Positions 1 through 8,096 of a stretch of 16,000 nt of DNA are shown here, in pieces; position 1 is the stretch's first letter; each line of letters begins with the position of its first letter. A program made the position numbers and the translations under genes. Origin of the DNA: Thalassotalea agarivorans (GTDB lineage Bacteria; Pseudomonadota; Gammaproteobacteria; Enterobacterales; Alteromonadaceae); the NCBI RefSeq assembly GCF_030295955.1, contig NZ_AP027363.1:2689046-2705045 (forward strand), read 5' to 3'. The notes beneath the pieces were generated by a model that worked only from the letters and a program-made list of their open reading frames with translations, searched no databases and was not told the origin of the DNA.

Positions 1-32
1 GGTAGCGCTTTTTATCGATAGTCGACTTGCTT

Positions 33-2621
33 TTACACAGCCGCTTGAACGATCACGTTGTCTGCTTTCTTCGTATACTCTTCCATTTTGTGGAAGTTTA
101 AGTAACGGAAGGTGTCAGCAGCTTGTGCATCAATCAACTTCGCATATTCCATATATTCTGCTACCGTTGGAATACGTCCAACAATTGCACCTACCGCTGC
201 AAGTTCTGCTGATGTTAAGTAAACATTAGCACCCGTACCTAAACGGTTAGGGAAGTTACGCGTTGACGTTGAAAGTACAGTCGCTTTATCAGCAACACGT
301 GCTTGGTTACCCATACATAATGAACAACCTGGCGTTTCAATACGAACACCAGCTTTACCATATGTAGAGTAGTACCCTTCAGCGGTTAATTGATCGCGAT
401 CCATTTTCGTTGGAGGCGCAACCCACATACGTGTTTTCAAAACACCGCCAAAGTTTTCAAGTAATTTACCTGCTGCACGGAAGTGACCAATGTTAGTCAT
501 ACATGAACCGATGAATACTTCATCAACTGAATCGCCAGCAACGTCTGACAATAGTTTTGCGTCGTCAGGGTCATTTGGACAACATACGATTGGCTCGTTG
601 ATTTCAGCAAGATCGATTTCGATAACATGTGCATATTCTGCATCAGCATCAGCTTCCATTAAGCTTGGGTTAGCAAGCCATTCTTGCATTGCAACAATGC
701 GGCGCTCGATAGTACGGACATCACCGTAGCCTTCAGCGATCATCCACTTAAGCATAACAATGTTAGATTCTAAGTATTCTTTAACAGAATCTTCAGAAAG
801 CTTGATTGTACAACCAGCAGCACTACGTTCAGCAGACGCGTCAGATAATTCGAACGCTTGCTCAACAGTTAAGTTTTCTAAACCTTCAATCTCTAGTACG
901 CGACCAGAGAATTCATTGATCTTACCGGCTTTCTCTACAGTCAATAGACCTTGCTTGATACCGTAGTAAGGAATTGCATGTACTAAGTCACGCAATGTAA
1001 TACCTTCTTGCATCTCACCTTTAAAGCGAACAAGTACTGATTCAGGCATATCTAGTGGCATAACACCTGTTGCAGCAGCAAATGCTACAAGACCAGAACC
1101 CGCTGGGAATGAAATACCTAGAGGGAAACGCGTATGAGAGTCACCACCTGTACCAACTGTGTCAGGCAATAACATACGGTTTAACCAAGAGTGAATAACA
1201 CCGTCACCTGGGCGCAGAGAAACACCGCCACGGTTCATGATGAAATCAGGTAATGTGTGATGTGTTTGCACATCAACTGGCTTAGGGTATGCCGACGTAT
1301 GACAGAAAGATTGCATTGTTAAGTCTGCAGAGAAACCTAAACATGCTAAGTCTTTAAGCTCATCACGTGTCATAGGGCCGGTAGTATCTTGTGAACCTAC
1401 AGTAGTCATTTTAGGCTCACAGTATTGACCAGCGCGAACACCTTCAACACCACATGCCTTACCTACCATCTTCTGCGCTAGCGTAAAGCCTTTGTTTGAT
1501 GCTTCTGGATCAACTGGCTTAGCGAAAAGATCAGTTTCAGCTAAACCTAATGCTTCACGTGCACGACCGGTTAAACCACGGCCGATAATTAATGGGATAC
1601 GACCACCAGCACGCACTTCATCTAATAATACTGGACTTAGTTCAAACGTTGAAATAACGTCGTCACCTTTTTTCACAACACCTTCGTATGGGTAGATATC
1701 AATCACATCACCCATGTTCATTTGTTGTACATCTAATTCAATTGGTAGGGCACCTGAATCTTCCATTGTGTTGTAGAAGATTGGCGCAATTTTACCACCT
1801 AAACATACGCCACCTGTGCGCTTGTTTGGTACGTAAGGAATATCGTCGCCCATGAACCAAAGCACAGAGTTTGTAGCAGATTTACGAGAAGAACCTGTAC
1901 CAACAACGTCACCTACATAAGCTAACGGGATACCGTCTTCTTGAAGCGCTTCAATTTGCTTGATTGGACCAACAGTACCTGGCTCGTCAGGGTTAATACC
2001 TTCACGTTCCATTTTTAGCATAGCTTTAGCATGTACAGGGATATCTGGGCGTGACCATGCATCTGGTGCCGGTGACAAATCATCAGTATTTGTTTCGCCA
2101 GTAACCTTGAATACTTTAACGGTAATTTTTTCAGCTACTTTATCGCGTGACGTGAACCATTCAGCATCTGCCCATGATTGCATCACTTCTTTGGCTGCCG
2201 CATTGCCAGCGTCTGCTTTTTCTTTAACGTCATAAAACGCGTCGAACATAAGCAAGGTTTTTTTCAAACCATCAGCCGCAGTATTTGCTAATGCTGCGTC
2301 GTCCAACAACTGGATCATAGGTTCGATGTTGTAACCACCTAACATGGTGCCTAGTAATTCAGTTGCACGCTCTGCACTCAGGATAGAAGAGCTCGCTTCG
2401 CCTTTAGCAACAGCAGCTAAAAAACCAGCTTTAACATAAGCGGCGTCATCTACACCCGGAGGTACGCGATTTACAAGCAAATCAAGAATAAACTCTTCTT
2501 CGCCTGCAGGTGGGTTTTTAATTAATTCTACTAATGCTGCAACTTGAGTTGCATCTAACGGCTTAGGTACTACGCCTTCAGCCGCACGTTCTTCGACGTG
2601 TTTACGATATTCTTGGAGCAC
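33..2621 (-). CDS. acnB: Aconitate hydratase B / 2-methylisocitrate dehydratase, full length (862 aa)
   Basis: The protein is colinear with E. coli AcnB from the N-terminus ([37 protein letters not shown]) through the swivel and Fe-S domains ([48 protein letters not shown]) to the C-terminus (YRYLNF...). The start is GTG at 2621, preceded by AAGGAG (2628..2633) with a 6-nt spacer. Confidence 0.97.
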   Translation of the reverse strand: MLQEYRKHVEERAAEGVVPKPLDATQVAALVELIKNPPAGEEEFILDLLVNRVPPGVDDAAYVKAGFLAAVAKGEASSSILSAERATELLGTMLGGYNIEPMIQLLDDAALANTAADGLKKTLLMFDAFYDVKEKADAGNAAAKEVMQSWADAEWFTSRDKVAEKITVKVFKVTGETNTDDLSPAPDAWSRPDIPVHAKAMLKMEREGINPDEPGTVGPIKQIEALQEDGIPLAYVGDVVGTGSSRKSATNSVLWFMGDDIPYVPNKRTGGVCLGGKIAPIFYNTMEDSGALPIELDVQQMNMGDVIDIYPYEGVVKKGDDVISTFELSPVLLDEVRAGGRIPLIIGRGLTGRAREALGLAETDLFAKPVDPEASNKGFTLAQKMVGKACGVEGVRAGQYCEPKMTTVGSQDTTGPMTRDELKDLACLGFSADLTMQSFCHTSAYPKPVDVQTHHTLPDFIMNRGGVSLRPGDGVIHSWLNRMLLPDTVGTGGDSHTRFPLGISFPAGSGLVAFAAATGVMPLDMPESVLVRFKGEMQEGITLRDLVHAIPYYGIKQGLLTVEKAGKINEFSGRVLEIEGLENLTVEQAFELSDASAERSAAGCTIKLSEDSVKEYLESNIVMLKWMIAEGYGDVRTIERRIVAMQEWLANPSLMEADADAEYAHVIEIDLAEINEPIVCCPNDPDDAKLLSDVAGDSVDEVFIGSCMTNIGHFRAAGKLLENFGGVLKTRMWVAPPTKMDRDQLTAEGYYSTYGKAGVRIETPGCSLCMGNQARVADKATVLSTSTRNFPNRLGTGANVYLTSAELAAVGAIVGRIPTVAEYMEYAKLIDAQAADTFRYLNFHKMEEYTKKADNVIVQAAV

Positions 2622-2696
2622 AATTTTCTCCTTGGCCTAACGGGGATTATCTGAAGAATAGCAGACAATCGAATGATTAAAATTTTTCCGAGGCGG

Positions 2697-2725
2697 ATTA
2701 TACGTCAATTGCGATTAAAGTTGAA
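2697..2725 (-). promoter_or_regulatory. Candidate sigma70 promoter for acnB
   Basis: On the minus strand there is a perfect TATAAT at 2702..2697. A weak -35 (TTCAAC, 2725..2720) lies 17 bp upstream. The predicted 5' UTR is about 70 nt. This is motif evidence only. Confidence 0.3.
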
Positions 2726-2747
2726 TTAAACCTACAATCATTGAGGT

Positions 2748-2768
2748 TATAACTGGTATAACTGGTAT
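2748..2768. repeat. Tandem direct repeat of the 9-mer TATAACTGG, about 2.3 copies
   Basis: TATAACTGG occurs at 2748..2756 and 2757..2765, followed by TAT. It lies between the stop of the small secreted-protein gene (2806) and the candidate acnB promoter. Confidence 0.6.
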
Positions 2769-2805
2769 TTATAATAGTTAAATTTTAATCAATTTGATGA
2801 ATACT

Positions 2806-3141
2806 CTAAGCAGAACAATGGACGTCCGCTTTTAAGGTAGGTGTAATGCGATTAGGCTCTGCCTTCATACTATCAAAGGTCTGAACGCCTTCAATGTTGC
2901 GCAAACTAAAGGGTTTCGATTTGCACAGTTTTTCTGCTTGTCGAATTAAAAAAGCGGACATACGCACAAAACGTGTTTTGCTGTTAGGGATAACAGAAAG
3001 TCTTACTACATTTTCGCTCAGACGCTGCTGATAGTATTGGACTTGATGGTCAAAATCCCACTTTAGGTTGTCATTCGCCTGTGCACTATTGAGTGTGAAC
3101 ATAGTTGCAATCAATAGCATAGCTAATTGTTTAAGTTTCAT
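2806..3141 (-). CDS. Small secreted protein of unknown function (111 aa, Sec signal peptide, two Cys)
   Basis: The internal ATG at 3141 gives MKLKQLAMLLIATMFTLNSAQA|NDN..., a classic signal peptide with an AQA cleavage site. The longer track ORF (to 3270) would run through the GGDEF coding region. This start overlaps the upstream gene's stop by 11 nt (ATGAAACTTAA). I recognise no family motif. Confidence 0.6.
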   Translation of the reverse strand: MKLKQLAMLLIATMFTLNSAQANDNLKWDFDHQVQYYQQRLSENVVRLSVIPNSKTRFVRMSAFLIRQAEKLCKSKPFSLRNIEGVQTFDSMKAEPNRITPTLKADVHCSA

Positions 3142-5008
3142 CTGTTTTATCCTGCGCGCAAACAATACAATCTTTACCCGCTTTTTTGGCTTCATACAAA
3201 GCTTGGTCCGCTTGTAAATAAAGACCGTTATTTTGGCGATTAGTTGCATTGATACTAGCAATACCTGCACTCATGGTAACTTTTATCGGCATGTGTTCTT
3301 TATTTTTAGCAACAAACTTTTGAGTTCGTATTTTTTCTAAAATACGTTCGGTGATAAACAATGCTTGCTTCTTATCGGTACGTGGCAATACACACATAAA
3401 CTCTTCACCACCGATGCGTCCAAACACATCGCCCTTTCGAAGTTGAGACTGCGCTATTTTTGCTATTTGTCTAATTACGTAATCGCCAAAGGGATGCCCG
3501 AATGCATCATTAAGTTGCTTAAAGTTATCAATATCAAACATTGCAATGGCAAAGTTATGCTTTTCATTTTCAGGCTCGTCTAACAACGAACGTAAATACT
3601 CAAAGGTATAACGGCGATTAAACAGGCCGCTTAACTCGTCGGTAATGGATAACTTACGCATTTTTCTGTTGGCACGCAGTTGCATAACAAAAGCAATCAA
3701 TAAAATAGCGAACAATATAGTTGCTAACACGTAGACACTGTAACGCAACGACTTATTGTCTTGCTGCCGCGCTGCATTTAAAGCATTAATTTCTTCAACT
3801 GATGGCATCAATGATTTTTCTTGCTGCCTAAGCGACGCTTCTAAGCTCATGCGTTGTTGACTCAACTTTTCACTATTTCGCTTTTCAATGAGTTGTTTGT
3901 GCTGTTGATGGTAACGGTGCATGAGCGTATAAGCGCGCTCGTGGTTACCTTCGCCATTGGCAATTTGCGCTTCGATATAAAACAGCGAAATATGCCACGT
4001 AGTACCTATTAATTCAGGATATTTTTCAATTAATACTGTGGCATTTTTATGAGCATCTTTTGCCTGTTGATAATTCCCCTGCTTCACTAAACACAGTGCC
4101 CTGCTTTTATACAATTCCGCTTTAAAGTCACCTGCTCCAGGGTAGTTTAGCGCTTGCTGAATGACTTTCAGTGCGGCGGTACAATCGCCAACTATCTGAT
4201 GGGTCGTACCTAAGCCGTAATAGCCAAAAAAGTCTTGTCTTGGATTTTCAAAAACCTGAACTTGCTCTAAATACAGATTGTACTTATCTATTGCTCGCTG
4301 CGGTTTTCCCCAATCTCTGTAAATCGTGGCTAGGCCGTACAAAGCATCGGCTCGCTGAACTTGATAGCCAAGCTTTTCATATCGCTCGAGCGCTTTTAGG
4401 TAATATTCTTCGGCTTTCTCATTGTCTTCAATGTAGCTATATATCGAACCATATATTTCATACAACTCTGCAATTAAACCCAAATCATTATTAGCAAATG
4501 CAATTAGATAAGCTTCTTTTAGATGGGTAATCGAATTTGAATAAGCATCGGTTTGGCTCAAAGTGTAGCTATAGTCGCCCTTTGCTCGAATAAACAGGGC
4601 GTTATCCCCGATGCGCTGTGCCTTTTCGATAGCAGCTTGAAAAAAGCCTAAGGCTAATTGGTAGTTTCCTTGTCGTAGCGCTACGGTTGCATTTAAGTAG
4701 TCTATTTTTGCGACCGAGGACAAAGGCGCATATTCATCGACAAGGCCATTAGCATAATCAAGCGAGACAGGTATTAAATCGTCGTAATATAGCAGACGTT
4801 CAATATCTGCCTTTTGCAACCACCACATGAGTTGCACTGTGTTGGAATAAGTTGGAAGGTTTTTCTCATAGGCTAGCGTTGCTCGATAGCTTATTAATGG
4901 CGAACGATTAATTTCATCTTGCGATAAAATAAAATCGGGTTCCATCTGCGCCATTGCAATGTTGCTGAACATTGGCAACAAACAAACTATTATCAAAAAC
5001 CTATGCAT
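3131..5008 (-). CDS. Membrane diguanylate cyclase with a large periplasmic TPR-like sensor domain, one TM helix and a GGDEF domain (625 aa)
   Basis: The N-terminal signal sequence is MHRFLIIVCLLPMFSNIAMAQ. About 400 aa follow with repeated TPR-like A/G/Y patterns (e.g. ALRQGNYQLALGFFQAAIEKA, YIEDNEKAEEYYLKALERYEKLG, LVKQGNYQQAKDAHKNA), then a coiled-coil stretch. The TM helix is YSVYVLATILFAILLIAFVMQL (about 3677..3742). GGDEF-domain motifs are DELSGLFNRR, FDIDNFKQLND and the active site GGEEF (3398..3412). An RxxD I-site (RKGD, 3428..3439) sits 5 residues upstream of GGEEF. Confidence 0.9.
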   Translation of the reverse strand: MHRFLIIVCLLPMFSNIAMAQMEPDFILSQDEINRSPLISYRATLAYEKNLPTYSNTVQLMWWLQKADIERLLYYDDLIPVSLDYANGLVDEYAPLSSVAKIDYLNATVALRQGNYQLALGFFQAAIEKAQRIGDNALFIRAKGDYSYTLSQTDAYSNSITHLKEAYLIAFANNDLGLIAELYEIYGSIYSYIEDNEKAEEYYLKALERYEKLGYQVQRADALYGLATIYRDWGKPQRAIDKYNLYLEQVQVFENPRQDFFGYYGLGTTHQIVGDCTAALKVIQQALNYPGAGDFKAELYKSRALCLVKQGNYQQAKDAHKNATVLIEKYPELIGTTWHISLFYIEAQIANGEGNHERAYTLMHRYHQQHKQLIEKRNSEKLSQQRMSLEASLRQQEKSLMPSVEEINALNAARQQDNKSLRYSVYVLATILFAILLIAFVMQLRANRKMRKLSITDELSGLFNRRYTFEYLRSLLDEPENEKHNFAIAMFDIDNFKQLNDAFGHPFGDYVIRQIAKIAQSQLRKGDVFGRIGGEEFMCVLPRTDKKQALFITERILEKIRTQKFVAKNKEHMPIKVTMSAGIASINATNRQNNGLYLQADQALYEAKKAGKDCIVCAQDKTDET

Positions 5009-5166
5009 TACTCAGTTAGATACAAGAAAGTATATTCGGAAGATAACATACAAAATACCGAATTAACACGTGAATAGTACCAAGCAATGCGCTAACTAAA
5101 GCATAAGCTTTACCTCAAAAAATAGGTAAATCATCTAAATTTAGATAGCAAAATGAAGACAAGGGC

Positions 5167-5175
5167 TGTTAATAT
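5167..5175 (+). promoter_or_regulatory. Candidate extended -10 promoter element for the cytochrome operon
   Basis: TGtTAATAT fits the TGnTATAAT-type extended -10 pattern and lies about 36 nt upstream of the ATG at 5211. There is no good -35. This is motif evidence only. Confidence 0.3.
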
Positions 5176-5210
5176 CGGGACAAATAATCATAAAGGTATG
5201 AAACAACGAT

Positions 5211-5636
5211 ATGAAAAAATTAACACTTTTACTTTCTGCTTTATTACTAAGCACGTCTGCATTAGCAAGTCACCCACAATGCGGTAAAACTGACCTTGCC
5301 GAAGTAATGGATGAAATGAAAGACAGCATGAAGGCTTATAAACAAGCATTTAAAGCAAGTGACGAAGCTAAAATGGCTGCAGTTGTAGAGCAACTTTTAC
5401 AACAAATTGATAAAGCAGAAACGCTTGTTCCTCTTCAGATCAGCGACCAAGCAACGTTAACTGCTGAGCAACAAGCTCAATTTGAAAAATACCAAAAAGG
5501 CATGGCATATCTTGAAAAGTCAGTGCTAACGCTTAAAGACGCTAAAACTGCCGACGAACGCAAAGCAGCATTAAATGCTATCGGCAAATCAAGCAAGAAA
5601 GGGCACAAAGCATTCAAAATGAAGTGTGACGACTAA
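5211..5636 (+). CDS. Periplasmic cytochrome b562-family protein (141 aa)
   Basis: The signal peptide is MKKLTLLLSALLLSTSALA. The mature part aligns by eye with E. coli cytochrome b562. TDLAEVMDEMKDSMK matches ADLEDNMETLNDNLK and places Met33 at the Met7 heme-ligand position. The C-terminal KKGHKAFK matches NAYHQKYR and places His132 at the His102 ligand position. The composition is helical and Ala/Lys/Glu/Gln-rich throughout. Confidence 0.7.
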   Translation: MKKLTLLLSALLLSTSALASHPQCGKTDLAEVMDEMKDSMKAYKQAFKASDEAKMAAVVEQLLQQIDKAETLVPLQISDQATLTAEQQAQFEKYQKGMAYLEKSVLTLKDAKTADERKAALNAIGKSSKKGHKAFKMKCDD

Positions 5637-5642
5637 GCCCTG

Positions 5643-6272
5643 ATGAAAAGCTACAAAGTCTGGGACAGCTACACCCGCCTATACCATGCCGCTCAAATTG
5701 TGTTATTTGGACTGCTTTGGTACAGCGGGGACGAAGGCGATTTTGATAACCACTTTTTATATGGTTACGCGCTAATAGCGCTTTGGTTTAGCAGACTTTG
5801 TTGGGGCTTTATGGGTAGTGAGAGTGCAAGATTTTCCCATTTTTTGCGCTCTCCACTAACCCTTATCAAGTCACCTCAGTTGCTGAGAAAGCAACATGCT
5901 AGTCATAACCCTCTGTCGGGTTATATGGTTATCGCCTTGTTAATTGCACTCGCAACGCAATTCACTTCAGGGTTGTTTATTTCTGACGATGTGCTTTACG
6001 ACGGTCCACTATATGACATGGTTAGTGAGTCGACGGCAGAAACAATGAAATCTATCCACTATCAAACCTTTGATATTTTGCTGATATTAATTTCAATCCA
6101 CATATTGTTTGCCCTTGTCCATTTGTTTAAGAAAGATAACCTTATTTGGGGCATTGTTTCAGGCAATAAAAAACTAGAACAAGCGCCTAATTTGTTTTTT
6201 AAGCCCAGCATCATCGGCATAGTAATCTGGTTGGCGATCTTCACCTCCCTCTACCTTATGTGGGCAGAGTAA
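5643..6272 (+). CDS. Membrane cytochrome b561-family protein (Ni_hydr_CYTB / CybB-like, 209 aa)
   Basis: The N-terminal VWDSYTRLYHAAQIVLF follows the family's VWD...R..HW pattern. Other family features are the SHNPLSGYMV loop motif, four predicted TM helices, and conserved His residues in helix 1 (H15), near H37, and in the last helices (SIHYQ, SIHILFALVH). The ATG lies 6 nt after the b562 stop. Confidence 0.8.
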   Translation: MKSYKVWDSYTRLYHAAQIVLFGLLWYSGDEGDFDNHFLYGYALIALWFSRLCWGFMGSESARFSHFLRSPLTLIKSPQLLRKQHASHNPLSGYMVIALLIALATQFTSGLFISDDVLYDGPLYDMVSESTAETMKSIHYQTFDILLILISIHILFALVHLFKKDNLIWGIVSGNKKLEQAPNLFFKPSIIGIVIWLAIFTSLYLMWAE

Positions 6273-6276
6273 ATCC

Positions 6277-7086
6277 ATGCCAGCATTGCGAGTAAGTGTA
6301 TTGTGCTTATTAGCAATAGCGACCACCAGCGCATTTGCGCAACAACAACTCGAGTTTAAATGGCCTAACAATGCCAAAATCGCTGTATCACTTGGATATG
6401 ATGATTCACTTGCGTCTCACTTAGATACAGCGGTGAAAGATCTCAACGATTTTAAACTGAAAGGGACATTTTATTTAACGTTATCACACCCCAGTATTGC
6501 CAACAGAATAGATGAGTGGCGAGATGTCGCGAAACAAGGTCATGAGCTAGCAAACCATTCGTTGTTTCATCCCTGCTCGGCGACGCCAAAAGGCAGGGAA
6601 TGGGTAAGCGAAGCGAATAATTTAGACACCAAAACAATTGCTGCAATGGCGCAAGAAATACAATTAGCCAACCACTATTTGCACGCAATAGATGGCAACA
6701 ATCAACGCACATTCACGGCACCTTGTGGCGACCAGTTCACGAAAAACGGGAACTATTTACCAGCGATAGCTAACTTATTTGAAGGGATGAAAACACATAT
6801 TGGTCCAAGCCCTAAAAACATAGCATCATTAAATCGTATGGACCTACCTACTTGGGCACCTCATCAAGTAGATGGAAAAACATTAATTGATTACGTTAAA
6901 AGCGCCGAAAAAACGGGGACTATTGCCAGCTTTACCTTTCATGGCATAGGTGCAGATCACCTAGCAGTAAGCCAAAAAGCTCACCGAGAATTGCTCGCCT
7001 ACCTAAGCGAACATAGTGATAAGTACTATGTAGATACTTATCTGAATATCAGTTTATACCTCAAGCGCGCGCAACAGCAGCCTTAA
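6277..7086 (+). CDS. Secreted polysaccharide deacetylase (NodB homology domain, CE4-like, 269 aa)
   Basis: The signal peptide is MPALRVSVLCLLAIATTSAFAQ. NodB motif 1 is present as SLGYDDS (Asp-Asp at 6400..6405), and motif 2 as HELANHSLFH (H-S-x-x-H metal ligands). A late FTFHGIG His motif is also present. The ATG lies 4 nt after the b561 stop. Confidence 0.85.
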   Translation: MPALRVSVLCLLAIATTSAFAQQQLEFKWPNNAKIAVSLGYDDSLASHLDTAVKDLNDFKLKGTFYLTLSHPSIANRIDEWRDVAKQGHELANHSLFHPCSATPKGREWVSEANNLDTKTIAAMAQEIQLANHYLHAIDGNNQRTFTAPCGDQFTKNGNYLPAIANLFEGMKTHIGPSPKNIASLNRMDLPTWAPHQVDGKTLIDYVKSAEKTGTIASFTFHGIGADHLAVSQKAHRELLAYLSEHSDKYYVDTYLNISLYLKRAQQQP

Positions 7087-7092
7087 TTAGTC

Positions 7093-7107
7093 TTGTGCTA
7101 GGCACAA
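7093..7107. terminator. Weak hairpin between convergent genes (possible bidirectional terminator)
   Basis: TTGTGC-tag-GCACAA forms a 6-bp stem with a 3-nt loop in the 32-bp gap between the stops at 7086 (+) and 7119 (-). The stem is short and the T-tract is poor. Confidence 0.25.
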
Positions 7108-7118
7108 TTGATTTGGCA

Positions 7119-8075
7119 TTAATCGCTTGCTCGCACGAGCGCCAGCAAATAATCCATCATACTTTCTGACATCTTATCTTTGAGCCTTTTATCTAACATA
7201 GACTCCTGTTGAGCAGATACTTTGACATCATATCTGTTTTTACTGGTACTAACGCCATCTTCTGTAGCCGTTAGGTTGAGGCTACCTCTGAGCCAATACC
7301 AACCCTGTTCTTGCAACACAGGCTGATTGTCAAAGTTTGCAGTGATAACTAATGGCGACTCTGCAACTACCGCCGCACCTAATTGCGATACTGCAGCACT
7401 TACCTGACTTTGTAATTCTGGTGAATTAGCATCGACTTGTACGGCTAATCCGGCAAGCTTATTACGATACAGGGTTTCTATACTATTAACGGAATGTTGC
7501 GCTGGCATACCTTTGTCCGCTACCAATATTAGGTCGCGATTAATATTGTCTCGAGCTTGCTGACTCAGGTAGGCTTTCTCGATAGCCGCAAGTGCTCGAA
7601 AAACATTAGGCGCTTTATTTGCTGCGTACAAAAGCTGCTCATTTACACGCTCGTCTAGTACTGCGATATCTTGTTTAAACTTGGTTGCTGCTTGCGCCTT
7701 ATCGAGTGTTGCTACAGCAAAAACACTGCCATTTTCTTGGCGAAAATACTCGGCGATTTTAGCCCCTTCTAGCTCTTTTTGCGCGTTAGTTGAAATAAAG
7801 CGTGACACGTTCACATCAGTTGACTGATTACGCGTGCTAAATGTACTAGAGTCAATTTGCTTCTCTACAATAGAAACACTAAAAATTTTGCTTAAGTTCG
7901 CCAGTGCGCGCTGACTTGCTTGCTCATTATTGCTGCCTTCACCTACTGCCGACAAATATTTATTGGTGTCGAAACTTTCTTCTGGATTTGAAACCCAATC
8001 GGGTGCTGACGTACTTTGGCACGCAACCAACATGGCCGCTAATACCAACCAAGTTAAGCGTTTAATCAAATGCAT
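7119..8075 (-). CDS. LPP20-family-like outer-membrane lipoprotein (318 aa), last gene of the four-lipoprotein operon
   Basis: The lipoprotein signal peptide is MHLIKRLTWLVLAAMLVAC with lipobox LVAC and +2 Gln. The N-terminal APDWVSNPEE...YLSAVGEGSN..QASQRALANLSKIFSVSI matches the LPP20 signature as in H. pylori Lpp20 (APDWV...ARANLAANL). A strong SD (AAGGGGG) precedes the ATG, which lies 21 nt after the upstream stop. Confidence 0.7.
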   Translation of the reverse strand: MHLIKRLTWLVLAAMLVACQSTSAPDWVSNPEESFDTNKYLSAVGEGSNNEQASQRALANLSKIFSVSIVEKQIDSSTFSTRNQSTDVNVSRFISTNAQKELEGAKIAEYFRQENGSVFAVATLDKAQAATKFKQDIAVLDERVNEQLLYAANKAPNVFRALAAIEKAYLSQQARDNINRDLILVADKGMPAQHSVNSIETLYRNKLAGLAVQVDANSPELQSQVSAAVSQLGAAVVAESPLVITANFDNQPVLQEQGWYWLRGSLNLTATEDGVSTSKNRYDVKVSAQQESMLDKRLKDKMSESMMDYLLALVRASD

Positions 8076-8096
8076 AAAGCCCCCTTTTCAATAAAG

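Noticed and set aside
490-2235. Four plus-strand ORFs (490..729, 760..966, 1492..1695, 1960..2235) inside acnB
   Set aside because: They lie antisense to a highly conserved, full-length AcnB coding sequence. Their products are low-complexity and Ser/Ala/Thr-rich with no motifs, which is typical of shadow ORFs.
3142-3270. 43-codon N-terminal extension of the small ORF (track ORF 2806..3270)
   Set aside because: The extension would overlap the conserved C-terminus of the GGDEF domain in another frame. The internal ATG at 3141 yields a textbook signal peptide at the exact N-terminus.
3365-4494. Plus-strand ORFs 3365..3583 and 4171..4494
   Set aside because: They are antisense to the GGDEF/TPR protein gene. 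They have no SD and no recognisable motifs, so I treat them as shadow ORFs.
5034-5064. ATTCGG ... CCGAAT inverted repeat in the divergent promoter region
   Set aside because: The stem is only 6 bp with a 19-nt loop. That is too weak to call as a structure or an operator.
6062-6712. Minus-strand ORFs 6062..6244, 6174..6377 and 6452..6712
   Set aside because: They are antisense to the cytochrome b561-family and polysaccharide deacetylase genes, both of which have clear family motifs. There is no independent support for these ORFs.
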